Part shown: positions 28,825 through 37,273 of the stretch, in pieces | How the letters are laid out: every line of letters begins with the position of its first letter | Position numbering within the stretch: the stretch's first letter is position 1 | NCBI GenBank assembly: GCA_963718895.1 | Contig: CAVRAG010000008.1 | Coordinates: 640,001-704,000 of the forward strand | Source of the DNA: an uncultured Nitrososphaerota archaeon | Lineage (GTDB): Archaea; Thermoproteota; Nitrososphaeria; Nitrososphaerales; Gagatemarchaeaceae | Direction: 5' to 3' | DNA: 64,000 nt | Made by a program: the position numbers and the translations under genes | The notes under the pieces: generated by a model | What the model was told of the DNA's origin: nothing | The model's input: only the letters and a program-made list of their open reading frames with translations | Databases searched by the model: none

Positions 28825-28916
28825 GGGCCCGTAGCTCAGTACGGACAGAGTGGCAGCCCCCTAACCTAGACGGGGTAAGCTGTAGGCCGAGGGTTCAAAT
28901 CCCTCCGGGCCCGCCA
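28825..28916 (+). tRNA. tRNA-Arg(CCT) with 14-nt intron (28864-28877) at 37/38; encoded CCA; C at position 33
   Basis: Acceptor GGGCCCG/CGGGCCC, D-arm with A20, stem GCAGC/GCTGT, T-loop TTCAAAT, relaxed BHB (CCCC/GGGG). Confidence 0.88.
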
Positions 28917-29045
28917 AAGCATCCAAAACATTAAACGAACCAAATCAGCGGGACTCACATGCTGCTTTCCATGACTGCGGGCGAATCTCCGAAAAGGCCG
29001 CCTTCCGCTGCTTTGGACAATGAGCGAACGGAGCCCTAGGCAATC

Positions 29046-29921
29046 ATGGCAAGACAAGGGGTTGGAAACACCGCGACAGGGGCAGCAGTCTGTCGCTTGA
29101 TAGAGCAGTCGCAGCCCAAAGGGGCCCGACTCTTTGACGACGAGGTGATCAAAGTCTTGGTCGGTCCGACCATCCGGATAATGATGCGCTTCGCACCCAT
29201 GCGCAGCTTCACCATGGGACGAGCCGATGCAGTCTTGGATGGGCTTTATGGCGCCCAGGTCTGTCGCACGCGCTTCATCGATGATGCCGTCCAGGCGTCT
29301 CTGTCGCAGGGCATAGGACAGATAGTTATCCTGGGTGCCGGATTTGACACGCGCGCCTACCGCTTGCGTGGAGTGGAGCGTGTGAAGGTTCTTGAACTCG
29401 ACTTGCTTGCAGTGCAAGAAGAGAAAAAGAAAAAACTCCTAGACCACTTTGCCAGATTGCCGGAGAACGTGACCCTTGTCCCCATCGACTTCACTAGTCA
29501 GAGCGTGGAAGCCGTCTTAGCCGGGACAGTGTTTGACCCATCTAGTCCCTCAGTTTTCGTCTGGGAGGGCGTTACACAATACCTCACAGACGAAGCAGTC
29601 CACCGTACATTTGCCTTTGTTGGCAAGTCGGCTCCTGGGAGCACCCTCGTGTTCACGTATGTCTTGAAGAGCGTCATAGAACGGCGCTCTGGTATTCCGG
29701 ATGCAGACAGATTGATGGATGTGATGGCGAAGAATGGTGCACCCTGGCTCTTCGGTCTTGAGCCATCTGACGTCGCATCGTTCCTTGCACCGTACCACCT
29801 TGACTTGGTGGCGGACGTGGGAAACGCAGATTATCAAGCAACGTATCTCAAACCCCGCGGACGGAACCTACAGGTGTCTGAGTGTGAGCGGGTTGCTCAA
29901 TCGATTGTTACTCGCTCGTGA
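29046..29921 (+). CDS. SAM-dependent methyltransferase (LCM/COG3315 family)
   Basis: RTRFIDD, QIVILGAGFDTRAYRL and WEGVTQYL motifs; codon usage less GC3-biased than neighbours. Confidence 0.92.
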   Translation: MARQGVGNTATGAAVCRLIEQSQPKGARLFDDEVIKVLVGPTIRIMMRFAPMRSFTMGRADAVLDGLYGAQVCRTRFIDDAVQASLSQGIGQIVILGAGFDTRAYRLRGVERVKVLELDLLAVQEEKKKKLLDHFARLPENVTLVPIDFTSQSVEAVLAGTVFDPSSPSVFVWEGVTQYLTDEAVHRTFAFVGKSAPGSTLVFTYVLKSVIERRSGIPDADRLMDVMAKNGAPWLFGLEPSDVASFLAPYHLDLVADVGNADYQATYLKPRGRNLQVSECERVAQSIVTRS

Positions 29922-29988
29922 ATCATCTTCAGCCACGAGCTACTCGAATATCGCAGAGGACAAGTCCCTTCTCCGAAAGTGCACTAGG

Positions 29989-30008
29989 CAATTCCCTCCG
30001 GTCCCGTC
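29989..30008 (+). repeat. Degenerate direct repeat of the tRNA-Arg 3' end (att-like)
   Basis: CAATTCCCTCCGGTCCCGTC versus CAAATCCCTCCGGGCCCGCC (28896-28915): 17/20 identical. Confidence 0.6.
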
Positions 30009-30156
30009 TTCTATCACCTCAGAACGGGCTCCAGTCGGTCCGAAAGGCTCGATTCAAGAGTCCTTACGAGGGTTCATGGCCGCGAGAGCCTGGGCCGCCT
30101 CGCACCCCCTAGAGAACTATCTGGCTAAGTTCTCTGGGCGATAAAGGGGGCGAATG

Positions 30157-31476
30157 TCACCGGGCTAGACGAATCTCGTCTCCCGTCGAGAAGGCATCTT
30201 TCTCCCTGACGACGCCCACTATCTTGCCTTCCTTGTCTACCACTGGGATTGCCCTGAAGCGGTATCGTCTGAACAGGGCTTCAATCGTCCCGCGCCTCGT
30301 CCCTGGATCGACGGTGACGACATTCTTCACCATTATGTCCTCGAGTTTGCTCTCGGGATTGGCTTGGAGGAGTTCGTTGATGTCGATGACTCCTCTCAGG
30401 TGGCCATCGCTGCTCACGACGTAGATGTACATGACTACGAGGGTGCTGGGCGCTTCCTTCCTGAACCTGACAAACGCGTCCTCCACGATCAGGTCCCCCG
30501 GGAACTGCAAGAAGTGGCGGACCGCCAGAACCGACGCGGGGACGTCATGCTGCGTGAGCAGCTCCTGAACTCTGGCCGCGCGGCTCCCGCTCAGCATCTT
30601 CTGGAACTCCTCAGCTTCGTCCCTTGGCAGGACCGAGATGACGTCCGCGATCTCGACGGCGGATAGGTGGTCGAAGATCTGCGCCACGCGCTCGACGCTC
30701 GTGTCGGCAAGTATCTCTCTCTGCACCCTCGGCTCGGTGGCATCGAGGGTCGCCGCGGCCGCTTTGCTGTCAAGGTCGTTGAAGATGTGAATCCTCTCCT
30801 CTCGTCCCAGCTCTTCCAGTATGTCCGCCAGATCCTCCGGGTGTATCTCGCCAAGACGGTTCTTGGCGACGGTGAGCTTGACGTCCCCCTTGGTCGGTGT
30901 CAGGTCGGGTGCCAGGGGCTGGACGTACTTCCAGGGTATGAAGCCCTCTTCCCCAACGTCCTTCGGGCGGCCTCCGCCGAGCCTGCCGAGTCCGAGTCTC
31001 CGCAGGAGGGCGTGCCTGCTTACATCCGCGGCGACCATAAAGAGCTTGTTCTCCACCAAGAGAAGCTGAATGTCGTAGACGACCTCCACGGCGAAACCCG
31101 TCGTATCAAGCACTCGCTTGTCGAGGACCTTGTCGCGCAGCAGCAACAGATCTTCGTCAGGTCCGATCTCGGCGTAACCGCCCTCCGGAGGACTCTGCAC
31201 AGTGATTTGCTTCGGTCCGAACTCGGCGACATCGCTCCAAGAAATCTTCAGCGAAGGGTCGCCGTAGGGTCGTCCCACGATGAGATGGGTGACCTCCGCG
31301 TACTTCGGGTCGTCCCTGGCCACGAAATCCTTCAACTTGCCGAGTTTGGCGCCCGCCTTCGTCCTTACCTTCCATCCGACGACGTCGCTCAGGAGGAAGT
31401 CCTGCGCATGGCCGTTGTTCGCGTGGCCGTTCTGACGCGCGCCTCCGTTCCGCGACGGGGTTTCCGACAATTGCAC
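30157..31476 (-). CDS. MgtE-like cytoplasmic protein (PRC-barrel + MgtE_N + CBS pair, no TM domain)
   Basis: HPEDLADILEEL, YIYVV...GHLRGVI and AIPVVDKEGKIVGVV motifs. Confidence 0.87.
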   Translation of the reverse strand: MQLSETPSRNGGARQNGHANNGHAQDFLLSDVVGWKVRTKAGAKLGKLKDFVARDDPKYAEVTHLIVGRPYGDPSLKISWSDVAEFGPKQITVQSPPEGGYAEIGPDEDLLLLRDKVLDKRVLDTTGFAVEVVYDIQLLLVENKLFMVAADVSRHALLRRLGLGRLGGGRPKDVGEEGFIPWKYVQPLAPDLTPTKGDVKLTVAKNRLGEIHPEDLADILEELGREERIHIFNDLDSKAAAATLDATEPRVQREILADTSVERVAQIFDHLSAVEIADVISVLPRDEAEEFQKMLSGSRAARVQELLTQHDVPASVLAVRHFLQFPGDLIVEDAFVRFRKEAPSTLVVMYIYVVSSDGHLRGVIDINELLQANPESKLEDIMVKNVVTVDPGTRRGTIEALFRRYRFRAIPVVDKEGKIVGVVREKDAFSTGDEIRLAR

Positions 31477-31542
31477 TCCCTCCGCTCTCGGCCCGAAGGC
31501 GGAGATACGCCTATCGGAACTCTTGTTCGGAGGTGTCGCGGG

Positions 31543-31710
31543 TCACAAGATAGTGAGGAACTTGTAGGCGAGCAGGATGACCAAGACTATGAGGTATATC
31601 CTGAGCGCGAGAAGAGATAGGCTGGTTCGTCTGGAAAGCCTGATTCTGGGCGTAGCGTACGTCTTGTTGATTTCCCTTATCCTGTTGACCAGTCGCTTGA
31701 GCGGGTTCAT
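31543..31710 (-). CDS. 55-aa single-TM protein (absent from the ORF track)
   Basis: MNPLKRLVNRIREINKTYATPRIRLSRRTSLSLLALRIYLIVLVILLAYKFLTIL; starts 5 nt after the NRAMP stop, same strand as both neighbours. Confidence 0.75.
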   Translation of the reverse strand: MNPLKRLVNRIREINKTYATPRIRLSRRTSLSLLALRIYLIVLVILLAYKFLTIL

Positions 31711-31715
31711 GGCTC

Positions 31716-32990
31716 TCAACCAAAGATTCCCGGGAACAAGGTCCCTAGGCCGTAGAGCGTGGACAATATGATGATGACGACGACTATGGTTCCTGCTGTC
31801 GCATTCTGCCTCTTGGTGTTCTTGAACCTCCCCACGAGCTGCTCTTCGTTGAGAAGCAGGATTAAGAAGATGAGGGCGGCTGGCAGCAGCGTCACGGCTA
31901 TCACCTGAACGAACAGCGTGATTGTGACCAACGGGGCGCCCGGTATCAGTACTATGGAAGCGGCGAGGGTCAGGATGAAGAGGCGGAACAGTGTAAATCC
32001 TCTCGACTGGCCCTTCTTGGCGTTAAGCGAGTGCGACCAGCCGAAGACTTCGCCGAATGCCCAAGCGCTCGTCATTGAGATGGCAATGGCACCTAGGAGC
32101 CCGGCGTCGAACAGCCCGATGGCAACAAATGTCCCGATGTAGTTGTTGATCGGAATCAGTAACTTCGCGGCGTCCGCCGCAGAGTCAACGTTCCTTCCGA
32201 ACAAGAGCGTACCCGCTACTATGACGAGAACGCTGGCGGTCACGACCGTGAAGAAGGCGCCGAGGGCGGTGTCAGCGCGCTCATAGGGGATGTCCTTGGC
32301 GCGAAGGCCCTTGTCGATCACGGAGCTCTGGTGGAAGAATAACATCCAGGGCGCTACGGTGGTGCCGACATTTGCCATCAGGAGAAAGACCACCGGACCT
32401 GTGATGCCGAAGGGGAAGCCAGGAACCACGCCGGTCCAGAAGACCTTGGACAGATCGGGATGCACGAGAAAGGCGGCAGGAATGTAGATGAGGTTCACGA
32501 CGCAGAGCATCAGGACGATCTTCTCCCAGGTCCAGTATCGGCCGTTGATGACTATGGCCATGATGAAGGCGATGACGCAGATCTCCGTTATCCAAGGAGC
32601 CACACCGAATATGCTCATGGCCGCGGTCATGCCTATGAACTCGGTGACTATCGTCAGCGCATCGGTTAGCGTGAGGTCCGCCAGAGAGAACCATCCCCAG
32701 AACGGGCCAAAGGCGTCGAAGATCGATTCGGCGAAACCTCGCTTAGTTATCGCCCCCAGCCTGACGCACATCTCCTGGCAGGTATAGGCCACCGGGAAGA
32801 GCAGCAGCAGGACCCACACGAAGCTGAACCTGAACTGGGAACCGGTCACCATGTAGGTCGTAATTCCCCCGGCGTCGTTGTCCGCGACCATCACAATGAT
32901 CCCGGGACCTAGGATGACTCCAAGGATGGCTAGCTGTTTCCGGAAACGGCGATAAGTGTAGTACAGCCGTGGGACCGGTTTCGTACTAAA
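31716..32990 (-). CDS. NRAMP-family divalent metal transporter
   Basis: LGPGIIVMVADNDAGG, QEMCVRLG and GTTVAPW motifs; frame open upstream of 32894 to a stop at 33003-33005; true start uncertain. Confidence 0.88.
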   Translation of the reverse strand, partial: FSTKPVPRLYYTYRRFRKQLAILGVILGPGIIVMVADNDAGGITTYMVTGSQFRFSFVWVLLLLFPVAYTCQEMCVRLGAITKRGFAESIFDAFGPFWGWFSLADLTLTDALTIVTEFIGMTAAMSIFGVAPWITEICVIAFIMAIVINGRYWTWEKIVLMLCVVNLIYIPAAFLVHPDLSKVFWTGVVPGFPFGITGPVVFLLMANVGTTVAPWMLFFHQSSVIDKGLRAKDIPYERADTALGAFFTVVTASVLVIVAGTLLFGRNVDSAADAAKLLIPINNYIGTFVAIGLFDAGLLGAIAISMTSAWAFGEVFGWSHSLNAKKGQSRGFTLFRLFILTLAASIVLIPGAPLVTITLFVQVIAVTLLPAALIFLILLLNEEQLVGRFKNTKRQNATAGTIVVVIIILSTLYGLGTLFPGIFG

Positions 32991-33126
32991 GGACCTCCCT
33001 GATCACTCCTCTAGTAGGCTTTCTCGCCCGTTGGACTGCTCTCGCCGGTGGTTCGTTGCTCATCCAACGGGTCGCCCTTGAGTCCCGTGCCGAGAGGCCA
33101 AACGTATATACAGATATCCCCTCCCC

Positions 33127-33405
33127 ATGGATGGCATAGACTTGGCGAACCACAAGAGAAAGGACGTTGCGAGGAGGGTCGCGAGGATACACGGCCACGT
33201 TCAGGGAGTCAGCGAGATGCTCGACGAAGGCAGATCATACTCTGAGGTCGTGCATCAGATTGTGGCGATCAGATCAGCTCTGGACAGCGTGATACAGGTA
33301 ATCGTGGACGATCTGGTTGAGGACTGCGTTCAAAAGGCAGACAGAAGGGAACCGATGACGGACAGCCTGGTAGAGCTCCAGCAGATCGTTGCCAAGATAA
33401 GATGA
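33127..33405 (+). CDS. CsoR/RcnR family metal-sensing repressor
   Basis: RRVARIHGHVQGVSEML...QIVAIRSAL...VEDCV; C-tract ATATCCCCTCCCCAT at its promoter resembles family operators. Confidence 0.88.
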   Translation: MDGIDLANHKRKDVARRVARIHGHVQGVSEMLDEGRSYSEVVHQIVAIRSALDSVIQVIVDDLVEDCVQKADRREPMTDSLVELQQIVAKIR

Positions 33406-33608
33406 GGTTGGGGGCTCACAGGGGTTGGCCCGCCCCATTCCAAACGCGCCCTCGCCAGGCGGGTTATGCCCGCGAACCTGCGAGCGGGACAGGCAATCAG
33501 TCTGGTTGAAGTGACCGGAGGCTTTGGCTCAACGACCTGAGCCACATGTGTGGAGGGTAGTCGCAGCCCTCCCGGCCCATCCAGCGGGTGACTCCTCGTG
33601 TTCCGCCT

Positions 33609-34055
33609 CTAACCCGACCCGGCCTCGCCGCCGAACTCGTGAGGCCAGATCTCCTCCATGGCTTTCTGGCTGAAGTACTTGTGGCCCTTGTGAGCCTCCC
33701 TGTCGCTCTCGAAGAAGTTCTGCCTGCAGGTCATGCAGTAGAAGTCCTCGGGGACCGGCTCATGTCCGGCCTCCAGAGCGTGGACTCTCTCGGAGAACGA
33801 GATGACCGGGAAAGTCTCGACCTTTCCGCGCATGTAGAGAGGCTCCAGGTAGTCGCGCAGAGCCTCCACGCTCTCCGCTTCGAGAATGATAAAACGCGAG
33901 TGTTGTATGGGAGCGGTATAGAGCGCCAGGACCTTGACCCCAAGCCTCTCCGCCACATCAGACTGAAGGCTCCGGTAGTGCTTTTCGACGGCCTCCTCTC
34001 CCTCACGGGCGGGACAGTTCTCAAGAGTGTGCGAGTGCGCCACGAGATAGAGCAT
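33609..34055 (-). CDS. Hypothetical protein (ferredoxin-like alpha/beta domain plus C-terminal CxxC...H..H)
   Basis: HSHTLENCP N-terminus; FYCMTC...HKGH C-terminus. Confidence 0.6.
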   Translation of the reverse strand: MLYLVAHSHTLENCPAREGEEAVEKHYRSLQSDVAERLGVKVLALYTAPIQHSRFIILEAESVEALRDYLEPLYMRGKVETFPVISFSERVHALEAGHEPVPEDFYCMTCRQNFFESDREAHKGHKYFSQKAMEEIWPHEFGGEAGSG

Positions 34056-34310
34056 GGCGCCTTCAATCCGGGTCCCAGATTAATGCGTTGCGAAATCTCT
34101 CGTGAACCGTTCGTGAACGGTCTTCAAGGATGCGCAGCTAGAAAGTCGTAGAGAACCGATCGAATCCAATCCATTACAAGGATTCTTTGCAATTCCGTCC
34201 GGGCACGCTCCACAAGGCATAGTCACTTGAGGAAAGGGGGAGGTCTGAAGCCGCGGAGGCAACGGACGAGTAAGTACATATATATCTCGGCCGTACATTT
34301 TCAGAAACAG

Positions 34311-35009
34311 ATGGTCAGTTCGCCCAGTTCCGATGGTGCAGCAGAGAATCTCACCGAGGAAGACGGCCTAGACTCGATACTGCTCGCCATAGAGAACCCG
34401 GTCAGGAGGAAGATTATCAGGAGACTGAGCAGGCAGCCGAGCTACCAACTGCAGATCTCGAAGGAGTTAGGGTTCAGCCAGCAGTTGGTCGCGAAGCACC
34501 TCGACGCCATGGAGGGGACCGGTCTGGTCTCATCCCTCATGGAGAACAGCCCCCATGGACCCAGGAGGAGGGAGTATCTGCTCAACAGGAGCATTTCCCT
34601 CAGCATCGATTTTGCCCCCAATCTCTTCAGGGCGAGGCTCTTCTCGTTCGACTCGCCCGAGGCAGACACGAACGGTGACCCTAACGACCTCTTCAGGAGC
34701 CTCAACGACGTCGCCAAGCGGCCGGAGGAGAGCGGAAAGATGCGCCCCCTGGGTTCGATCATCTCCGAGATTGACAAGAGGCTTGCCAACATACAGGACG
34801 AGAGGTCTGTGCTGCTGTACGTGAGGCACCTTGCGATGAAGGAGGTCGCCAAGGCCATCAGCGGGATGCCCATGACCTGGGACGAGAAGAAGGCACTATA
34901 CCAGCTGATCAGCGAACGCGAGAACAGCGTCGAGGGAATATCGAGGACTCTCAAGCTGAGGGAGGATTGGGTCCGAGAGGTAATCTCGAACCTGCAGAGA
35001 AACCTCTAG
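34311..35009 (+). CDS. ArsR/COG1777-type wHTH regulator, Phr/HSR1-like
   Basis: IENPVRRKII...QISKELGFSQQLVAKHLDAME.TGLV...GPRRREY followed by a coiled coil. Confidence 0.82.
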   Translation: MVSSPSSDGAAENLTEEDGLDSILLAIENPVRRKIIRRLSRQPSYQLQISKELGFSQQLVAKHLDAMEGTGLVSSLMENSPHGPRRREYLLNRSISLSIDFAPNLFRARLFSFDSPEADTNGDPNDLFRSLNDVAKRPEESGKMRPLGSIISEIDKRLANIQDERSVLLYVRHLAMKEVAKAISGMPMTWDEKKALYQLISERENSVEGISRTLKLREDWVREVISNLQRNL

Positions 35010-35066
35010 GGTTAGTTTCTAAAAAGAAGAGAAGGGGTCTCTTCCACGCAGGAAGATTACAGCTGA

Positions 35067-35234
35067 TTACGCCTGGAAGGTCGTTTGTGGAACGCCGAGC
35101 TGCGCCTGAAGCGTCCTGATGCGCTCGGAGTATTCCTTCAGCCTGACCGCGTCGTTCTGGACCTTGGCAATCTTGTATGCCTTCCAAGCCTTCCTCAGTG
35201 CCCCCCACGTCTGGCCGGTTGTGTAGGTACTCAT
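35067..35234 (-). CDS. 55-aa small protein (absent from the ORF track)
   Basis: MSTYTTGQTWGALRKAWKAYKIAKVQNDAVRLKEYSERIRTLQAQLGVPQTTFQA; AT-rich upstream region and pyrimidine-tract terminator downstream. Confidence 0.7.
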   Translation of the reverse strand: MSTYTTGQTWGALRKAWKAYKIAKVQNDAVRLKEYSERIRTLQAQLGVPQTTFQA

Positions 35235-35336
35235 CTTTATTCTACCTTGTAGGACGATATCGCGCCTAGGATATTTTGGGGACGGGGTCTAGAGAACTTG
35301 AGCAGTCGATGCGAACAGATTCAACCGGGTCGGCGG

Positions 35337-35957
35337 CTACTGGGCAGCGGGAGGGTCAGTCTTGACCTCGGCACCTTGAGCCTCGGGCGCAATCTGGGTC
35401 TCTGCAGAGGGGGCCGGGGTGGCCTCTGACGTGGCTGAGGCCTGGGCCTCTACCGGCGCCGCCGGGAGCGGCTTGGTGGCGACCTTGTCCATGATTGCCT
35501 GCGAGACCTCTTCCCTTGTCATCCCCGCCGTGTTTATTCTCAGCGACCTGGCCATCTCGATTAGCATCTGGTCTGCCGACTTCGGAGGCGCGGGTGGCAC
35601 GTTCACCACCGGGGCCGGCGCACCTGGTTCAAGCGTCGAGCCGGAAGTTGGCGCGCTCGGAGCAGGACCTCCCGCCGAGGCTTTGGCTATCTCCTCCGGG
35701 GTCGGGTTCCCTGGGATTCCCGGCGATGCCGCCCCCCCGAGCAGGGCGTTGCTGAGCGTGTCGATGTTCAGGTTGCCGGAATTCATCCCCGTCTGCAACT
35801 CCTTGGTAATTCCCTGGAGCTGTTTCGTGGCTCCGTCGAACTGCTTCTTCGCCTGGGCGAGAGTCTTTGCCATCTCTGGTATCCTGTCGGGTCCATAGAT
35901 CAGGATGCCGGCGCCCATGGCCAAGATAACACCCCACTCAAGTAAATCCAAGGCCAT
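35337..35957 (-). CDS. tatA: Twin-arginine translocase TatA/B family subunit
   Basis: TM, YGPDRIPEMAKTL amphipathic helix, Pro/Ala-rich tail. Confidence 0.85.
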   Translation of the reverse strand: MALDLLEWGVILAMGAGILIYGPDRIPEMAKTLAQAKKQFDGATKQLQGITKELQTGMNSGNLNIDTLSNALLGGAASPGIPGNPTPEEIAKASAGGPAPSAPTSGSTLEPGAPAPVVNVPPAPPKSADQMLIEMARSLRINTAGMTREEVSQAIMDKVATKPLPAAPVEAQASATSEATPAPSAETQIAPEAQGAEVKTDPPAAQ

Positions 35958-36175
35958 GTAAGGTCAGATTGTTTCCGCCCGGCGCCGGTTATTTAAGGGA
36001 AGTGGCGCGAATGAGCTCCCGGAGAGACCGGCAGACCTTGTCAGGACCTCGCGCGGCTGGATACCGTAGGGAGGGACTTACCGGCCATCCCCCCGGGACG
36101 TCCTCGCTCGAATCCGCAGGTCTCTAATCCAGGCCCCTTATAGCCACAAATAGCGGAATTGTTCTGGAATGTGGG

Positions 36176-37273
36176 ATGGCGAAAGGAACACCACCGCCCA
36201 GGATTGAGCGCCTCCGCAAGGGGGTCGCCAAGAGGGGTCTGAAAGGCGTCGTGCTAGCCCCCGGTCCGAACACTGAGTACTACACCGGCGTGCGCTCGAA
36301 GCTTCTCGAGCGACCTTTCCTTCTGTTCGTACCCGCGGAGGGAGACCCTCAGCTGGTCGCCCCGACGCTCGAATCGGGGCCATACACGAGGTCGCCGGTC
36401 GATATCACCGTGCACAGCTGGGATGATGCGAGCGGGCCCTCGGGTGCTTTCGCTTCGCTCCGTAGACAGATAGACCTAACCGGTGACTGGGGGTGCGAAG
36501 GTAGGGTCCCGTTCGGCTACCTCACCCACGTGGTGGGGGAGGGCCTCGAGCTCAGCCCAGCGGACCCGATCCTGCAGTCAATCCGAGAGGTCAAGGAGGC
36601 GTCAGAGATCAGGCTCCTGAAGGAGGCCGCGAAGATACTCGGTAAGGCGTTCCTGAGGATCCCGGAGTTGATGAAGGAGGGGATGACGGAGATCGAGCTC
36701 TCGGTCGCCATCAGGGAGGAGATATTCGCGCTGGGAGGAGAGGCCGTCGACTTCTGCGACGTGCAGGCCGGAGAGGACGCGGCAGATCCGCACTGGGCAC
36801 CCTCCAAGAGAAAGATAGCGCAGGGGCTGGGGGTCGTGACGGACGTGGGATGCACGCTCTCCGGATACAACGCCGACATCACGAGGACCTTCCTCCTGGG
36901 CAAGAACCAGGAGCTTGAGGATGCGTACGGGCATGTGCTCGAGGCTCAGAGGAAGGGCATCAGGGCGATAGGTCCGGGGAAGAGGGTGGGAGAGGTCGAC
37001 GCCGCAACCAGGGGCCATCTCGAGGCCAAGGGACTCGGGAAGTACTTCTTCCACAGGACCGGGCACGGACTCGGGCTTGAGATTCACGAGGAGCCCTACA
37101 TCATCTCGGGAGGGAGGAAGGCGCTCAGGGAGGGGATGGTATTCACGGTGGAGCCTGGGGTGTACGTGGCCGGGCGGTACGGGGTGAGGATCGAGGACAA
37201 CGTAATCGTGACCCCGGGAGGATGCGACGTCATATCCAGGTCCGTCCCGAAGGAATTCGGCTGGTGGGAGTGA
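36176..37273 (+). CDS. Xaa-Pro peptidase (M24B)
   Basis: DVG...YNADITRT, HRTGHGLGLEIHE, TVEPGVY, GVRIED. Confidence 0.95.
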   Translation: MAKGTPPPRIERLRKGVAKRGLKGVVLAPGPNTEYYTGVRSKLLERPFLLFVPAEGDPQLVAPTLESGPYTRSPVDITVHSWDDASGPSGAFASLRRQIDLTGDWGCEGRVPFGYLTHVVGEGLELSPADPILQSIREVKEASEIRLLKEAAKILGKAFLRIPELMKEGMTEIELSVAIREEIFALGGEAVDFCDVQAGEDAADPHWAPSKRKIAQGLGVVTDVGCTLSGYNADITRTFLLGKNQELEDAYGHVLEAQRKGIRAIGPGKRVGEVDAATRGHLEAKGLGKYFFHRTGHGLGLEIHEEPYIISGGRKALREGMVFTVEPGVYVAGRYGVRIEDNVIVTPGGCDVISRSVPKEFGWWE

